Both the position numbers and the translations under genes were made by a program. Of a stretch of DNA of 64,000 nucleotides, positions 47,395-57,540 are shown piece by piece. Positions within the stretch are counted from its first letter, which is position 1; the number at the start of each line of letters is the position of its first letter. Below the pieces are notes generated by a model. The model was not told where the DNA came from and ran no database searches. It saw only the letters and a program-made list of their open reading frames with translations. Source of the stretch: Phycisphaerae bacterium (GTDB lineage: Bacteria > Planctomycetota > Phycisphaerae > UBA1845 > Fen-1342); assembly GCA_050115495.1 (NCBI GenBank), contig JASFQK010000008.1:1-64000 (forward strand), given 5' to 3'.

Positions 47395-47946
47395 CTACCG
47401 CCGGCGTCCAACAGCCAGCGGCGCGGCGAGCGCCAGCAGCGACAACGTCGCCGGTTCGGGCACGAAGATGGTTCCGGTGCCGTAGTGGACCGTCGCGAAC
47501 TCACCGCCAAGGTCGGTGTCGATGGCGAAGCCTTCGGTGAGGTCGTCCGGCTGACTGTCGGTGAGAATGGTGATGGTTAAACCTACGCCGTGATACTCGT
47601 AGGTGACCGTGGCCAGCAGGACGTCGCAGCCCCAGACGTTCCCGCCGAGCGGTGCGAGACCGGCGAGACCGTCGCCATCGGGGTTCTGGACCGCTGCATC
47701 GAACAGCGGACCGATCGATACACCCGCCACGCCGGCCACGCCCGTGTCCTCGACGATCACGTCCAGGCCCCAACCCACGATGGCCTCCATCTCGGGAATG
47801 TCCGCGCAGATGTCCACGTCCGTCGTCTGGTCTGGTCCGCTGAACGTCGCGTCGGCCGGCACGAAGCACACGTCGATGGCAGCGCTCGCACTGCTGACGA
47901 GACCCACCGCCAGAGACACGGCAGCCAGTTTGCCGAGAGTCATCAT
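47395..47946 (-). CDS. PEP-CTERM protein with a single cohesin-like beta-sandwich domain
   Basis: Signal peptide; strand pattern VDICADI...GWGLDV...VSIG...LLATVTY...G.T.TIL; C-terminal VPEPATLSLLALAAPLAVGRRR. Confidence 0.8.
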   Translation of the reverse strand: MMTLGKLAAVSLAVGLVSSASAAIDVCFVPADATFSGPDQTTDVDICADIPEMEAIVGWGLDVIVEDTGVAGVAGVSIGPLFDAAVQNPDGDGLAGLAPLGGNVWGCDVLLATVTYEYHGVGLTITILTDSQPDDLTEGFAIDTDLGGEFATVHYGTGTIFVPEPATLSLLALAAPLAVGRRR

Positions 47947-48070
47947 CCCCGGCCTCCTGCGTTTGGAGAGGACCCCTGGTTGCACACCACATGAGTATAG
48001 CGCACTTCCTGGAGGGACGCCGTAGGTTCGAGTGCGGCATGCCGAAGCCGAAGGCATGTGCAGCCCAGTC

Positions 48071-48110
48071 AAAACAGCCGCCGGCCTCGGCGTAGCGAGA
48101 CCGGCGGCCG
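48071..48110 (-). terminator. Intrinsic terminator after the HAF-repeat gene
   Basis: Minus strand CGGCCGCCGG... / ...CCGGCGGCTG followed by TTTT. Confidence 0.55.
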
Positions 48111-48148
48111 TCCCTGAGGCGGAGTGGTCACTTCGTCAGCGCGTTCGG

Positions 48149-49285
48149 TTAGCGGCGGCGGCGAGCCGCGAGCAGGCCGGCGAGTGCCAGCAGCGTGAGC
48201 GTCGCCGGCTCCGGAATCGTGGCGACCCACGCCTGCGTGTTGCCCTCGTAGGACCCCACGCCGCAGATGGTCCTGCCGTCGGCGGAGATGCCATAGGCGT
48301 ATTTCAGTTGCCAGCCGGTCAAGTCAAGACCGAGGTCGTTGGTGAGCAGGTCTTGTATTGAGCGCATGCCGTCGTCGGCGGTCCACAGGAACGCTTCGGG
48401 GCCGGACGGGCCGGTGCCGAAGCCGACGATCGTGGAGCCGTCGGCGGAGGCCGCCTTGGCGTCGCTCGAGGTGGCTCCGCCGGGGAAGTCGCCGAGCGAG
48501 ATCATGCCGTCGGCCGCCGTCCAGACGAAGGCCTGCAAGCCGTCGCCCAAGGCGGCCTGGCCCACGATGGTCGAGCCGTCGGCGGAAATGCCGCTCGCCT
48601 GGCTGAAAGTGCCGCCGCCCGCCAGGTACCCCAGACCGGTCATCCCGTCTTCGGCGGTCCAGATGAAGGCCTGCGTCCCTTGATCGCCCTGGCCGAAGCC
48701 TGCGATGGTGAGGCCGTCGGCGGAGATGGCACTCGCCCGGCTGGACATGGCACCGCCCGGCAGGTCGCCCAGCCCCACCATCCCACCGGCCTCGGTCCAC
48801 ATGAAGGCCTCGGGGCCGTACATGGAGAAGCCCTGACCCACGACGATTGAGCCGTCAGCGGAGCAAGCGTGGGCCTGGCTCATCGGGGCGCTTTCCGGCA
48901 GGTCGCCGATGCCCACCATGCCGCCAGTCGCGGTCCAGACAAACGCCTCGTCGCCCAGCAGGCCGCTGCCGCGACCCACGACGGTCGAGCCGTCCGCCGA
49001 CACGCCGAAACCTCGGCTCTGGAAGCCTCCGCCGGCGAGGTCGCCAAGACCGACCATGCCGCCGGTCCAGGTCCAGCGGAAGGCCTCCGGGCCGGACGCG
49101 CTGGTGCCGAAGCCAATGACGGTCGAGCCGTCGGCGGAGACGCCGTAGGCCTGGCTGTCGAAGATGCCGCCGGGCAGGTCACCGAGTCCGATGAAGACGG
49201 GCGCCGTGTTCGCCAGGGCGATGGGCGTCGTCACGATCAGCAAGGCGGCGAGACCCGCCGCCGCGTACCGGGTGCGATTGATCAT
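48149..49285 (-). CDS. HAF-repeat-like beta-propeller PEP-CTERM protein
   Basis: About seven repeats of GLGDL.GG...S.A.G.SADGS.IVG...AF.WT; C-terminal IPEPATL...RRRR. Confidence 0.9.
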   Translation of the reverse strand: MINRTRYAAAGLAALLIVTTPIALANTAPVFIGLGDLPGGIFDSQAYGVSADGSTVIGFGTSASGPEAFRWTWTGGMVGLGDLAGGGFQSRGFGVSADGSTVVGRGSGLLGDEAFVWTATGGMVGIGDLPESAPMSQAHACSADGSIVVGQGFSMYGPEAFMWTEAGGMVGLGDLPGGAMSSRASAISADGLTIAGFGQGDQGTQAFIWTAEDGMTGLGYLAGGGTFSQASGISADGSTIVGQAALGDGLQAFVWTAADGMISLGDFPGGATSSDAKAASADGSTIVGFGTGPSGPEAFLWTADDGMRSIQDLLTNDLGLDLTGWQLKYAYGISADGRTICGVGSYEGNTQAWVATIPEPATLTLLALAGLLAARRRR

Positions 49286-49514
49286 GGGTGTTTCCCCTTG
49301 CTCCTCAAATCCTCCACGGCCGCGAGTTTGCGGGACGGAGCGGACGCGAGTGGTGCACCGTTCTCGTCGCCGTCCCGTGCTGGCGGCCATACTCCGCCGC
49401 GGGCACGGTGCCCACGGCTACCTCTCATGGCCCCAGCGTATCAATCGCGCCGGGCAGTGTCAAGGAAGTTTCCCGGCACATTCCGGGTACGCTCAGTGTT
49501 CGGTAGATTGTAGC

Positions 49515-49542
49515 TTGTGCCGATCGCGTAGACCGCTATAAT
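49515..49542 (+). promoter_or_regulatory. Sigma70-type promoter for paralogue 2
   Basis: TTGTGC, 16-nt spacer, TATAAT. Confidence 0.45.
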
Positions 49543-49594
49543 GGCTTGCAAAATAAGCATCTGCGGGAGACGTCGTCTGCCGCCGGAGGTCGGC

Positions 49595-50806
49595 ATGAAA
49601 CCAGAAGACGCCAGTTTCGGACAAGGACCAGACCCACGTCTCCTGTCCGTCGGTGAGGGCCTCGTCCGCGCCATCGGGGCGGCGATCGACGCCGTCCCAG
49701 GTGACCCGCACGGGCCGGCTGAGCTCGCCCGGGCCCTGGGCATCGACCGTGTCCTTGCCAGCCGCGTACTCAAAGCCTCCCACCACAAGGACCCCATCGC
49801 CGCCCTCCACCTCATGCCGGGCCCCGATCCGCTCCGCCGGTTCATTCGCGGCGCTCGAAAACGCGGCGTGCCGGCGGGCGTCGTTCAAAGCGCCGAAGAG
49901 GCCGTCCAGGACTTCGACGACTTCATCCGCAAGGAGGCCGGCGGCCGCAGCGCCCTCGACGCCATGATCAGCACCTGGCTGCCTGAGCGGCGTGCCGCAT
50001 TCGAGCTGCGGCGCAAGCAGAGCATTTTCCGGGCGATCAGCCAGCTCAAAGGCGCGGAAGTCGATCTGTACATGTGCACCACCCTCTTGCACCCCTCCGC
50101 CGACGGCGAGCACCTCGACGTCGCCTGGCTCCGAGGGCTGATCGGCCTGCATCGCCTCCGCCCGAACATCAAGCTGCGCTTCGCCACCCGGCGGATCACG
50201 CGCGACGACAACCGCCGCCAGCCGCAGACGCTGGACGGCGAGCCGCTCGACGGTCTGACCGGCCTGCGACTGGATGCCTTCTGCTCCCAGCCGTTGCCGC
50301 GCATCGAAGTGGACTGTGTCGGGGAGAGCGTGCACTACGTTCTCGCCGAAGACGGCTTCGGCCCGCGCGACGCACACGACGTGGTGCTCGTCGAAGTCTA
50401 CATGTGCGAAATGCGGCGGACGATTCCGCGGGAGATCCAGCCCAAGCGGCACGTCTACGCCGGTGCCTCCGTGCCGGCGAAAGTGCTGCTGTTTGACGCC
50501 CTCGTTCACAAGGACGTCTTCGCGGGCCGGGATCCGTCGCTGCTCTTCTACGACACGTCGTACTGGGGCGTGGCCGATCCGAACGACCCGACGCGGGATG
50601 CCGACCGCCTGGAGCTGTCGGAGACCATCCAGCCGCTCGGCTGGGGAATGGACAAGTTCCGCAGCAGCGAGGAGCCGCGTTACGCCGAGATCCTCCAGAC
50701 TATCTGCCGCAAGCTCGGTTGGAGTTCCGAGGACTTCCGCGGCTACCGCTGCCGCGTCGAATACCCCCTGTACGGCTCGCAGACCGTGATGGTTTGGGAT
50801 TCCTGA
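49595..50806 (+). CDS. Uncharacterised protein with N-terminal HTH-like motif (paralogue 2 of 3)
   Basis: GGAGGT RBS; GPAELARALGIDRVLASRV; C-terminal PRYAEIL...LGWSSEDFRGYRCRVEYP. Confidence 0.82.
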   Translation: MKPEDASFGQGPDPRLLSVGEGLVRAIGAAIDAVPGDPHGPAELARALGIDRVLASRVLKASHHKDPIAALHLMPGPDPLRRFIRGARKRGVPAGVVQSAEEAVQDFDDFIRKEAGGRSALDAMISTWLPERRAAFELRRKQSIFRAISQLKGAEVDLYMCTTLLHPSADGEHLDVAWLRGLIGLHRLRPNIKLRFATRRITRDDNRRQPQTLDGEPLDGLTGLRLDAFCSQPLPRIEVDCVGESVHYVLAEDGFGPRDAHDVVLVEVYMCEMRRTIPREIQPKRHVYAGASVPAKVLLFDALVHKDVFAGRDPSLLFYDTSYWGVADPNDPTRDADRLELSETIQPLGWGMDKFRSSEEPRYAEILQTICRKLGWSSEDFRGYRCRVEYPLYGSQTVMVWDS

Positions 50807-50945
50807 CTGCGGGCGACGAAGACGGCAACTTGCTCGTCGAATGAGGCCGTGTGTGGCCTGCTGAAGCCTTCGGCGCCGGCATGACGAGCGCCAAGTCGGT
50901 CACATTCTGCGCTGATCCACCCGAGTGTGTTGGTGTGATGGGCGC

Positions 50946-52289
50946 TTAACCTGGCGTGTCGGGGGCCGTACTGCCGGTGAAGTCCAGGGCGATGCGATAA
51001 CCGGCGCGCCAGATCGGGTATTCCTCGTGGCAGCGGTAGCCGATGAATTCGTCCGCGTTCCAGCCGGCCTCCTCGAAGAGGAAGCGGGTCAGTTCGGCCT
51101 GCCGTGGATAGACCGGCGAGGCGGCCGACCCCGTCCCGAAGCCGAGCATCTGAAGCTGCGGGCTGCGCGGCAGGCGCGTCGTCCAGCGATAGGCTATCGT
51201 CTGGAACAGGTTGGGGCCCCACAGATGCACGTCCAGTGTCTGGATCGAGATGCGGGCCAGGTCGCGGTGCAGGTAGACGTCGAGCAAGCCATGCCGCGCG
51301 GGCATGGTGATGATCATCCAGACTTCTTCCAGTTGGGGGCTGCGCAGCGCCGGGTGCGGTGCCGGCTCCGTCGGCCGGTTCGCCGTGACGATATCGACGG
51401 CGTCGCCGGGGGGCAGGTCGACGACCTGCCACAGGTGTGTTTCGTCAGGGTTCTGCGCGTGCACGGGGGTGAGCCGCATCGCATCGCCGCTGCTGAATTG
51501 GGGGAGCAGGGGATTGCCGGGCCCGAGCGGCTCGTTCTGGAGCGTGGCGAAACGCGCGGAGAACGAGCGCGTGTGGAACAGCACCAGCGGCAGGGCCTCC
51601 GGCCCTGCGCGATGGCCGATGTAGCCAAACGCGCTGACGTACTCGACCTGTCGCGGGTTGTCCGGTACGGGGCGAATGGCCTGGAGCGCGACGAACGTTT
51701 CCGAGGAACGTCCGACCACGCCGCTGGCCAGCTCGAATAGCCGCCGGCGGCCGGTGGGCTCGAGATTCCGCTCGCTCACCAATTCCCGTGCGCTCGTCGT
51801 CTCTTCCGCTGGCGGCGGCGGCGTTGTAGTCCGCGGCGTGCGCAGTCGGCGGCAGAGCTTCGCCTGGCTGCCGGCGAGTCGTTTCACCATCGTGCGGAAA
51901 CGCTCGACGGTGGCACTAGCCGCAGCCAGCGCGTCGTTGTCGCCCACGATCCGGCTTAGCGCTGCGATGAACAGCCGCATGCCGCGCACGCCCGGCAGAC
52001 CGAGTAGCACATCCGCGCCGGTACCCGGTCGGCGGATCGTGTTCAACACACGCTGGCACGTGGCCCGGTCGATTTCGAGATGTCGGCAAAGCTGACTGGC
52101 TCCCGACGCCGCCTCCGGCGGCACGAGCCGCACAAGCGCCCGCAAGTCGGCGTGCAGACGCTGGCACATCTGTGTGACTTCGGCGTGTTCGGCAGCGGAA
52201 AGGGGAACGGAAGCTCGACGTCGCGCACCTGCGGACGCAGATGTTGAGTCCGGCGAGGATTCGGTCTGATTGTCTCCCGCCAGCGACAT
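50946..52289 (-). CDS. Uncharacterised protein with N-terminal HTH-like motif (paralogue 3 of 3)
   Basis: GASQLCRHLEIDRATCQRV; C-terminal PRQAELT...AGWNADEFIGYRCHEEYP. Start uncertain (could extend to about 52409). Confidence 0.78.
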   Translation of the reverse strand: MSLAGDNQTESSPDSTSASAGARRRASVPLSAAEHAEVTQMCQRLHADLRALVRLVPPEAASGASQLCRHLEIDRATCQRVLNTIRRPGTGADVLLGLPGVRGMRLFIAALSRIVGDNDALAAASATVERFRTMVKRLAGSQAKLCRRLRTPRTTTPPPPAEETTSARELVSERNLEPTGRRRLFELASGVVGRSSETFVALQAIRPVPDNPRQVEYVSAFGYIGHRAGPEALPLVLFHTRSFSARFATLQNEPLGPGNPLLPQFSSGDAMRLTPVHAQNPDETHLWQVVDLPPGDAVDIVTANRPTEPAPHPALRSPQLEEVWMIITMPARHGLLDVYLHRDLARISIQTLDVHLWGPNLFQTIAYRWTTRLPRSPQLQMLGFGTGSAASPVYPRQAELTRFLFEEAGWNADEFIGYRCHEEYPIWRAGYRIALDFTGSTAPDTPG

Positions 52290-52807
52290 ATCGTGCAGCC
52301 CGCCGATCAAGTGCTCAGTGCCCTCAGTGCGCGGGAGTTGCGCTCGCCGCCGCAGATCGTGGCTGGTGTTCTCGGTTGATCCTGATTGTGACAGATGATC
52401 TGCGTTCATCTTTGCACGGTAATCCTTTCTTGATCTTCGGTCAACAGCGTTTTTGGGCAAGCTAGGCTGTATTATTCCATTTCATTCGTCCGATATTCGC
52501 GGTATGAACTCAGAATATTCTGGTTACGAATTGAGCGCATATGATTGATTCTGCGTGATGATCGTAGTACAATACACGCTACGCGGTGCTAGGTTTCGGA
52601 TCGCGATACTCGAAGTGACTGGGGCGATCGAGTCGTAGACCCGCTGGGACCGGTTTCGGCGATGTGGCAGGCGACTGGCACACCCGTGCGTGCTCGGTCG
52701 CTCAGGGGACCCGCCGCTGACGGCGGGTGACGGAGGCGAAGGAGCGTCATGGGTGGCACGCGCGTGTCGCCAGCTTGTTCAGGGCACTTCAAGTGAGGAT
52801 TAGGAAG

Positions 52808-53626
52808 ATGAGAGAAGCGAATGGATGGCTGTTGGCGGCATTGGCGTGGGCGATGATGGTCGCGCCGGCTACAGCGGGGCGGCTGGTCACGATCAACAAC
52901 CGGGGTGAGGTCTGTGAAGTCGACGCGGCCACCGGTCGCACGCTCGCGATCAGTACCCTTGATGTCGGCGCCATCGTTTCCAACGCACTGGCTTACGATC
53001 CCACGAGCGACACGGTCTATCTTAACGATACGAGCAACAACGTCATCCGCACGTTGAATCCGGACACGGGCAAAACCACCGTCGTCGGCACTCCGTTCCC
53101 GGGCGCAGATTGCTATTTTGTCGATCTCGCCTACAACTCGGCGACAGGGAAGCTGTACGCCAGCCAGAATACCGATTTCGTGAGCACCCTTTATGAGGTC
53201 AACACCACGACCGGCTTGGCCTCGTTAATCGGAACGAACGAGCTGTGTCAACCGGCCATCGGTTACGAGACGACGACGAACACGATGTACGCGACGGGAA
53301 TAGCAGCGCCACGCGGCTTGTACACGATCGATTGCGAGACGGCCGCCGCGACGTTTGTCGGTGATAGCGGTGTCGCCACAAGGCGGCCGCTGGAGCTGAC
53401 GTATGATTGGGACACACGCACGATGTTCCTGCTCTCACAGCAGGGGGGCACCAACTACCTAGAGACGATCGACTTGGAGACCGGAGCTCGTACCCTCGTG
53501 GGTAGCATGGGCACGGCTTTGAACATGCGGTCCCTGGTACACATCCCGGAGCCGGCGAGCTTCGCAGCATTAGCGACGGGCGCCCTGGCAGTTCTGCACC
53601 GTCGCAGAACGCGCTCTCTGCAATAG
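52808..53626 (+). CDS. Beta-propeller-like PEP-CTERM protein
   Basis: Signal peptide; repeated LAYD...LY.I...TG.A..VG; C-terminal IPEPASF...HRRR. Confidence 0.85.
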   Translation: MREANGWLLAALAWAMMVAPATAGRLVTINNRGEVCEVDAATGRTLAISTLDVGAIVSNALAYDPTSDTVYLNDTSNNVIRTLNPDTGKTTVVGTPFPGADCYFVDLAYNSATGKLYASQNTDFVSTLYEVNTTTGLASLIGTNELCQPAIGYETTTNTMYATGIAAPRGLYTIDCETAAATFVGDSGVATRRPLELTYDWDTRTMFLLSQQGGTNYLETIDLETGARTLVGSMGTALNMRSLVHIPEPASFAALATGALAVLHRRRTRSLQ

Positions 53627-53707
53627 GTCCTTTCGGTTGATCATTCGGCGGCGGTGTCCAGATACAAGGGTAAGCTGGACCGGCCCACATGGATAGGAGT
53701 TCTGAAC

Positions 53708-54679
53708 GTGGCAAACACAACCAGAATCTGGGCAATGGCGCTGAGCGTGGCCACTATGGCGGTGCCCGTCATGGCGGGCCGCATGATCGCCATGACTCGA
53801 TACGGTGCCGTGTTCGAGGTGGACGTGAACGACGGGACGGCGACACAGGTTGGCCAATTGGACTGGGGAGACAACCATGCCGGCTATACGCTGACTTATG
53901 ACGGCGGCCGCGACGCGCTCTATCTCACCGGGCAGGAACCCGGAGTCATCCGCACCCTATATACGATCGACCCGAAAACGTGGACGGTCGTTGACCAAGT
54001 GAACATCGGTCAAGGGGCATTCGCCATCGAGTATGACCCCAGCACCGGCACGATTTACCATGCCAACACCCTGCACAACCCCATCTTCTCGACGCTCAAT
54101 CCCGAGACTGGCGCGTTGACTTGGTGGGGTTTCAATGAGATTTCGACCGACACCGATTGCGAATCGTTCGCTTACATGCCTGATCTGGACACGTTGTTCA
54201 TGTTTACGTCGGGTGGATTGATTGCCGGCAACCAGCAGGCGTTCTATCGCGTCAATCGACAGACGGGGTTGGCCATTCGGATTTCTTGGGAATACACCTA
54301 TCGATGGATGTCTGACATGGCCTACGATCCGGAAACCAAGGGGCTCTACGCAATTAGTCTTGGAGGGAAATTCTGCCAAATCGAGCCGCGCAACGGCGAA
54401 GTGACGTTGCTTGGCGAGTTTGGCCTCCCCCCGAGCGGCGAGTATTGGGGCGGATTGGTCCACCTTCCCGACGATGCGGGCGTCCGGGCGTGCAAGCGTG
54501 ACACGGCGCGTTCCAAGACTTCAGAAGACACGGCGACCAAGGCTGAGTCCTTGAATTCCAGAGTTAGCCGGAAAACAAGCGCGAGCAGCGAGGCGGAGGG
54601 CCGGGCGCCCGATTCTTCCGCCAACCCACACCTGTCCCTCGAAGCGGCTTCCGCCCGGGAATCCAGAGGCAAAGAGTGA
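53708..54679 (+). CDS. Secreted beta-propeller-like paralogue of the upstream gene, lacking PEP-CTERM
   Basis: AGGAG RBS; same repeat pattern; ends LVHLPD followed by a polar, probably disordered tail. Confidence 0.75.
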   Translation: MANTTRIWAMALSVATMAVPVMAGRMIAMTRYGAVFEVDVNDGTATQVGQLDWGDNHAGYTLTYDGGRDALYLTGQEPGVIRTLYTIDPKTWTVVDQVNIGQGAFAIEYDPSTGTIYHANTLHNPIFSTLNPETGALTWWGFNEISTDTDCESFAYMPDLDTLFMFTSGGLIAGNQQAFYRVNRQTGLAIRISWEYTYRWMSDMAYDPETKGLYAISLGGKFCQIEPRNGEVTLLGEFGLPPSGEYWGGLVHLPDDAGVRACKRDTARSKTSEDTATKAESLNSRVSRKTSASSEAEGRAPDSSANPHLSLEAASARESRGKE

Positions 54680-54741
54680 GTCGATAATGGCAGAGCTGGC
54701 GTCACACTGCGGGCGCCGGCTTAACGAGATAAAGGTGATTT

Positions 54742-57540
54742 GTGAAAAGAACCCAGGGAACTTCGCTCTTGCGGGCCGTCGTACTATACGGGGCTCTGGC
54801 AGTATCCGCGGGCTTGGCCGGCGGAATTGATCCGCGGTTGGAGGATGAGCTGTACAATGCTGCGCCTGGCGAGCCGGTTACCGCCTTGTTTGTTCTGAAC
54901 GATCAGGTCGACGTCAGACAATTGAGCAACACTCTGCGCGCGGCGAAGGCCACGCGCGACCAGCGGCACCAAGCCGTCGTGCTGGCGCTTCAGGGCGCCG
55001 CCAAGGGGCAGGATCAGTTCATTGCCGACGTGGACGGGCGCTCGGCCGCGAAACCGGTGATCCGGTCGCGGCCGTTCTGGATTCTGAACTCCGTCGTGGT
55101 CGAAGCGACGCCGGATGTGATCCGCGAACTGGCGCTGCGGCCTGATGTCGCCATGGTGTACTCCAACCACATGTTCTCGCTGCCGACCCCGGAGAAATCG
55201 GACGGAACGGCACGGACTTCGCGCGACATCACACCGGGCCTGCAGGCGGTCAATGCCCCGATGGCCTGGGCGGAGAACATCGACGGCGACGGCGTGCTCG
55301 TCGCGACGATTGACACAGGCGTGGATGGCGATCACCCCGCGCTGGCCAATCGTTGGGCGGGTTTGCTGCCCCAGTATGCCGGTCACCCCGATTGGGCCTG
55401 GATGTGGCGTTCCGGCAGCGCTAACGACGACTTCCCGGTGGACGGTGACTATCACGGCACACACACGATGGGAACGATTTGCGGCGGGGCGCCGGGCGAG
55501 CAGATCGGCGTCGCTCCGGGCGCGACCTGGATCGCCGCGGGAATCCCGGATTTGGAGACGGAGTATATCCTGGAAGCCTTTCAGTGGTTGATGGATCCGG
55601 ACGGCGATCCCAGCACAAGTTGGGATGTTCCCCGAGTGTGCTCTAATTCCTGGAGCGGATCCTACCTCTATGGCTGCAGGGATGTCTTCAATACGTCGAT
55701 CAATGCGTGCGAGGCGGCCGGTGTTCTCGTCGTATTTTCCGCCGGCAACGACGGTGACCACGGGACGGAGACGATCGGCAGTCCCGCCAATAATGCGATG
55801 GACGACTATAGTACCCTCGCCATCGGCGCCGTGGATGCCACAGACTACAGTTATCCGTGGCCGCGAGCTGGCTCCTCCTCGATGGGGCCCAGTTATTGCA
55901 CGCCCGATGGCAGTGCCGCGATCAAGCCCGATCTGGCCGCGCCCGGTGTGAAGGTGTGGTCCGCCGCCCCGGGCGGCGACTACCAGTTTCTCAGCGGCAC
56001 GTCGATGGCCACGCCGCACGTGGCCGGCGCCTTTGCGCTGATGTTCCAGGCCAATCCGGAACTAGGTATTGAAGACGCCAAACAGATCTTGTACGACACG
56101 GCCCGCGATCTGGGGACGACGGGCAAGGACAACGAGTATGGTTGGGGCATGATCGACGCCTACGCCGCGGTGAACCTGGCCATGGAGCTGCTGGATCCCG
56201 CGGCGCCGTACGTACGGAACAAGACCTGGTTTGTGACCGCCAACGAAGTGGGCACGCTTGACCTTCCCGTTCGGGATTACGACCACCGCCCTGATGACCT
56301 GACGGTCGAGATTCTCAGCTTGCCGACGGACGGCGTGCTGCGTGACGTCGGGAACGGCTCCGCGATTACGTCGTCCGATCTGCCCTACACACTGGTCAAT
56401 CATGGTGTGTCGGTGGAGTACGAACCCGAAACCGGATACCACGGGACAACGGAGTTCACGTTCTGGGCGACGGACGGCGGCACGCCCCCCGAAGGCGGAT
56501 ATTCAGAGGTTGCGACGATCACCGTCCTGGTGCGTTTCCTGTCGCCAAGGATCACTCAAGACATCGTATTGCCCGACGCCCGAGCCGGCGTACCGTATAC
56601 GCCGCTTCAGATCGCCTCGCAGTACGGCGAGCCGCCGCTCGCCTGGAAGGTGAACATGGCGGGTAATGGTTGGGCGCTGCGGGAGGAAAACCTGGGAGAG
56701 TGTCTCTACCGGCCGGTGGGCCAGCCCATGGGATGGCAGGGCGACGAACAGACCTGGGTCTACTACTTCCCATCCGACTTCGTGTTCCCGTTCGCGGGGA
56801 CCACGTTCGTCGGCGTCGTCGTGGCCGCCAACGGGTACCTGGATTTCGCTAACACGGTTAGCGATCCGTACAACGACATCGATACGCTGTTGGAATCGGA
56901 AACCCGCATCGCCCCGCTTTGGGCGGATCTCCGTACCGATCTCGGCGGCGACATCTTCATCGATGAGTCCGTGGCCGGCCAGATCACCATCCGCTGGGTC
57001 GGCGAACGCTGGCATTACGGCGAGCCGGTGGAGTTTTCCTGCACGCTGTTCAGCGACGGCCACATGCGGTTCGACTACGGCCCCGGTAACACTGGCTTCA
57101 GTCCAACGGTCGGTTACTACCGACATCGCAGTACCTATAATGAACTCACCACGCTCACCTATGCGAACTCGCTGGACTACAGGCCGCTGCTGTCGATCCC
57201 ACGCGGTATGTCGATTTCGCCCGACGGCGTCCTCGGCGGCACGCCCGATCCGCGCGACGCCGGTCCGTGGCCGATTCCGGTCAAGGTAACCGACGCCTGC
57301 GGGCGCTACGACGAGAAGCGGTTCCTCCTGTGGGTGGAGCCCGCGGGAAGCGTGCAGCCCGGCGATGCCAATTGCGACGGCGCCGTCGACAACTTCGACA
57401 TCTCCGCGTTCATCCTCGCGGTGACGAATCCCGAGGGATACGCAGGGCAGTACGACTGCTTGGTCAATTGCGATATCAACGGCGACGGTGACGTCAATAA
57501 CTTCGACATCTCGCCGTTCATCACGCTGCTGACGAAGTAA
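54742..57540 (+). CDS. Secreted S8 serine peptidase with prodomain, Ig/cadherin-like and nidogen-like domains and C-terminal dockerin
   Basis: Triad IDTG, HGTHTMG, GTSMATPH; SAGN; IAPLWADL; tail GDANCDGAVDNFDI...DINGDGDVNNFDISPFI. Confidence 0.92.
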   Translation: MKRTQGTSLLRAVVLYGALAVSAGLAGGIDPRLEDELYNAAPGEPVTALFVLNDQVDVRQLSNTLRAAKATRDQRHQAVVLALQGAAKGQDQFIADVDGRSAAKPVIRSRPFWILNSVVVEATPDVIRELALRPDVAMVYSNHMFSLPTPEKSDGTARTSRDITPGLQAVNAPMAWAENIDGDGVLVATIDTGVDGDHPALANRWAGLLPQYAGHPDWAWMWRSGSANDDFPVDGDYHGTHTMGTICGGAPGEQIGVAPGATWIAAGIPDLETEYILEAFQWLMDPDGDPSTSWDVPRVCSNSWSGSYLYGCRDVFNTSINACEAAGVLVVFSAGNDGDHGTETIGSPANNAMDDYSTLAIGAVDATDYSYPWPRAGSSSMGPSYCTPDGSAAIKPDLAAPGVKVWSAAPGGDYQFLSGTSMATPHVAGAFALMFQANPELGIEDAKQILYDTARDLGTTGKDNEYGWGMIDAYAAVNLAMELLDPAAPYVRNKTWFVTANEVGTLDLPVRDYDHRPDDLTVEILSLPTDGVLRDVGNGSAITSSDLPYTLVNHGVSVEYEPETGYHGTTEFTFWATDGGTPPEGGYSEVATITVLVRFLSPRITQDIVLPDARAGVPYTPLQIASQYGEPPLAWKVNMAGNGWALREENLGECLYRPVGQPMGWQGDEQTWVYYFPSDFVFPFAGTTFVGVVVAANGYLDFANTVSDPYNDIDTLLESETRIAPLWADLRTDLGGDIFIDESVAGQITIRWVGERWHYGEPVEFSCTLFSDGHMRFDYGPGNTGFSPTVGYYRHRSTYNELTTLTYANSLDYRPLLSIPRGMSISPDGVLGGTPDPRDAGPWPIPVKVTDACGRYDEKRFLLWVEPAGSVQPGDANCDGAVDNFDISAFILAVTNPEGYAGQYDCLVNCDINGDGDVNNFDISPFITLLTK

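Noticed and set aside
52600..52800. Glycine or other riboswitch upstream of the propeller gene
   Set aside because: CTCAGG and GAAGGAG fragments occur in the wrong order, and no coherent aptamer could be folded by eye.
54460..54679. Frameshift hiding a PEP-CTERM tail
   Set aside because: The alternative frames after LVHLP give no PEP motif or hydrophobic helix.
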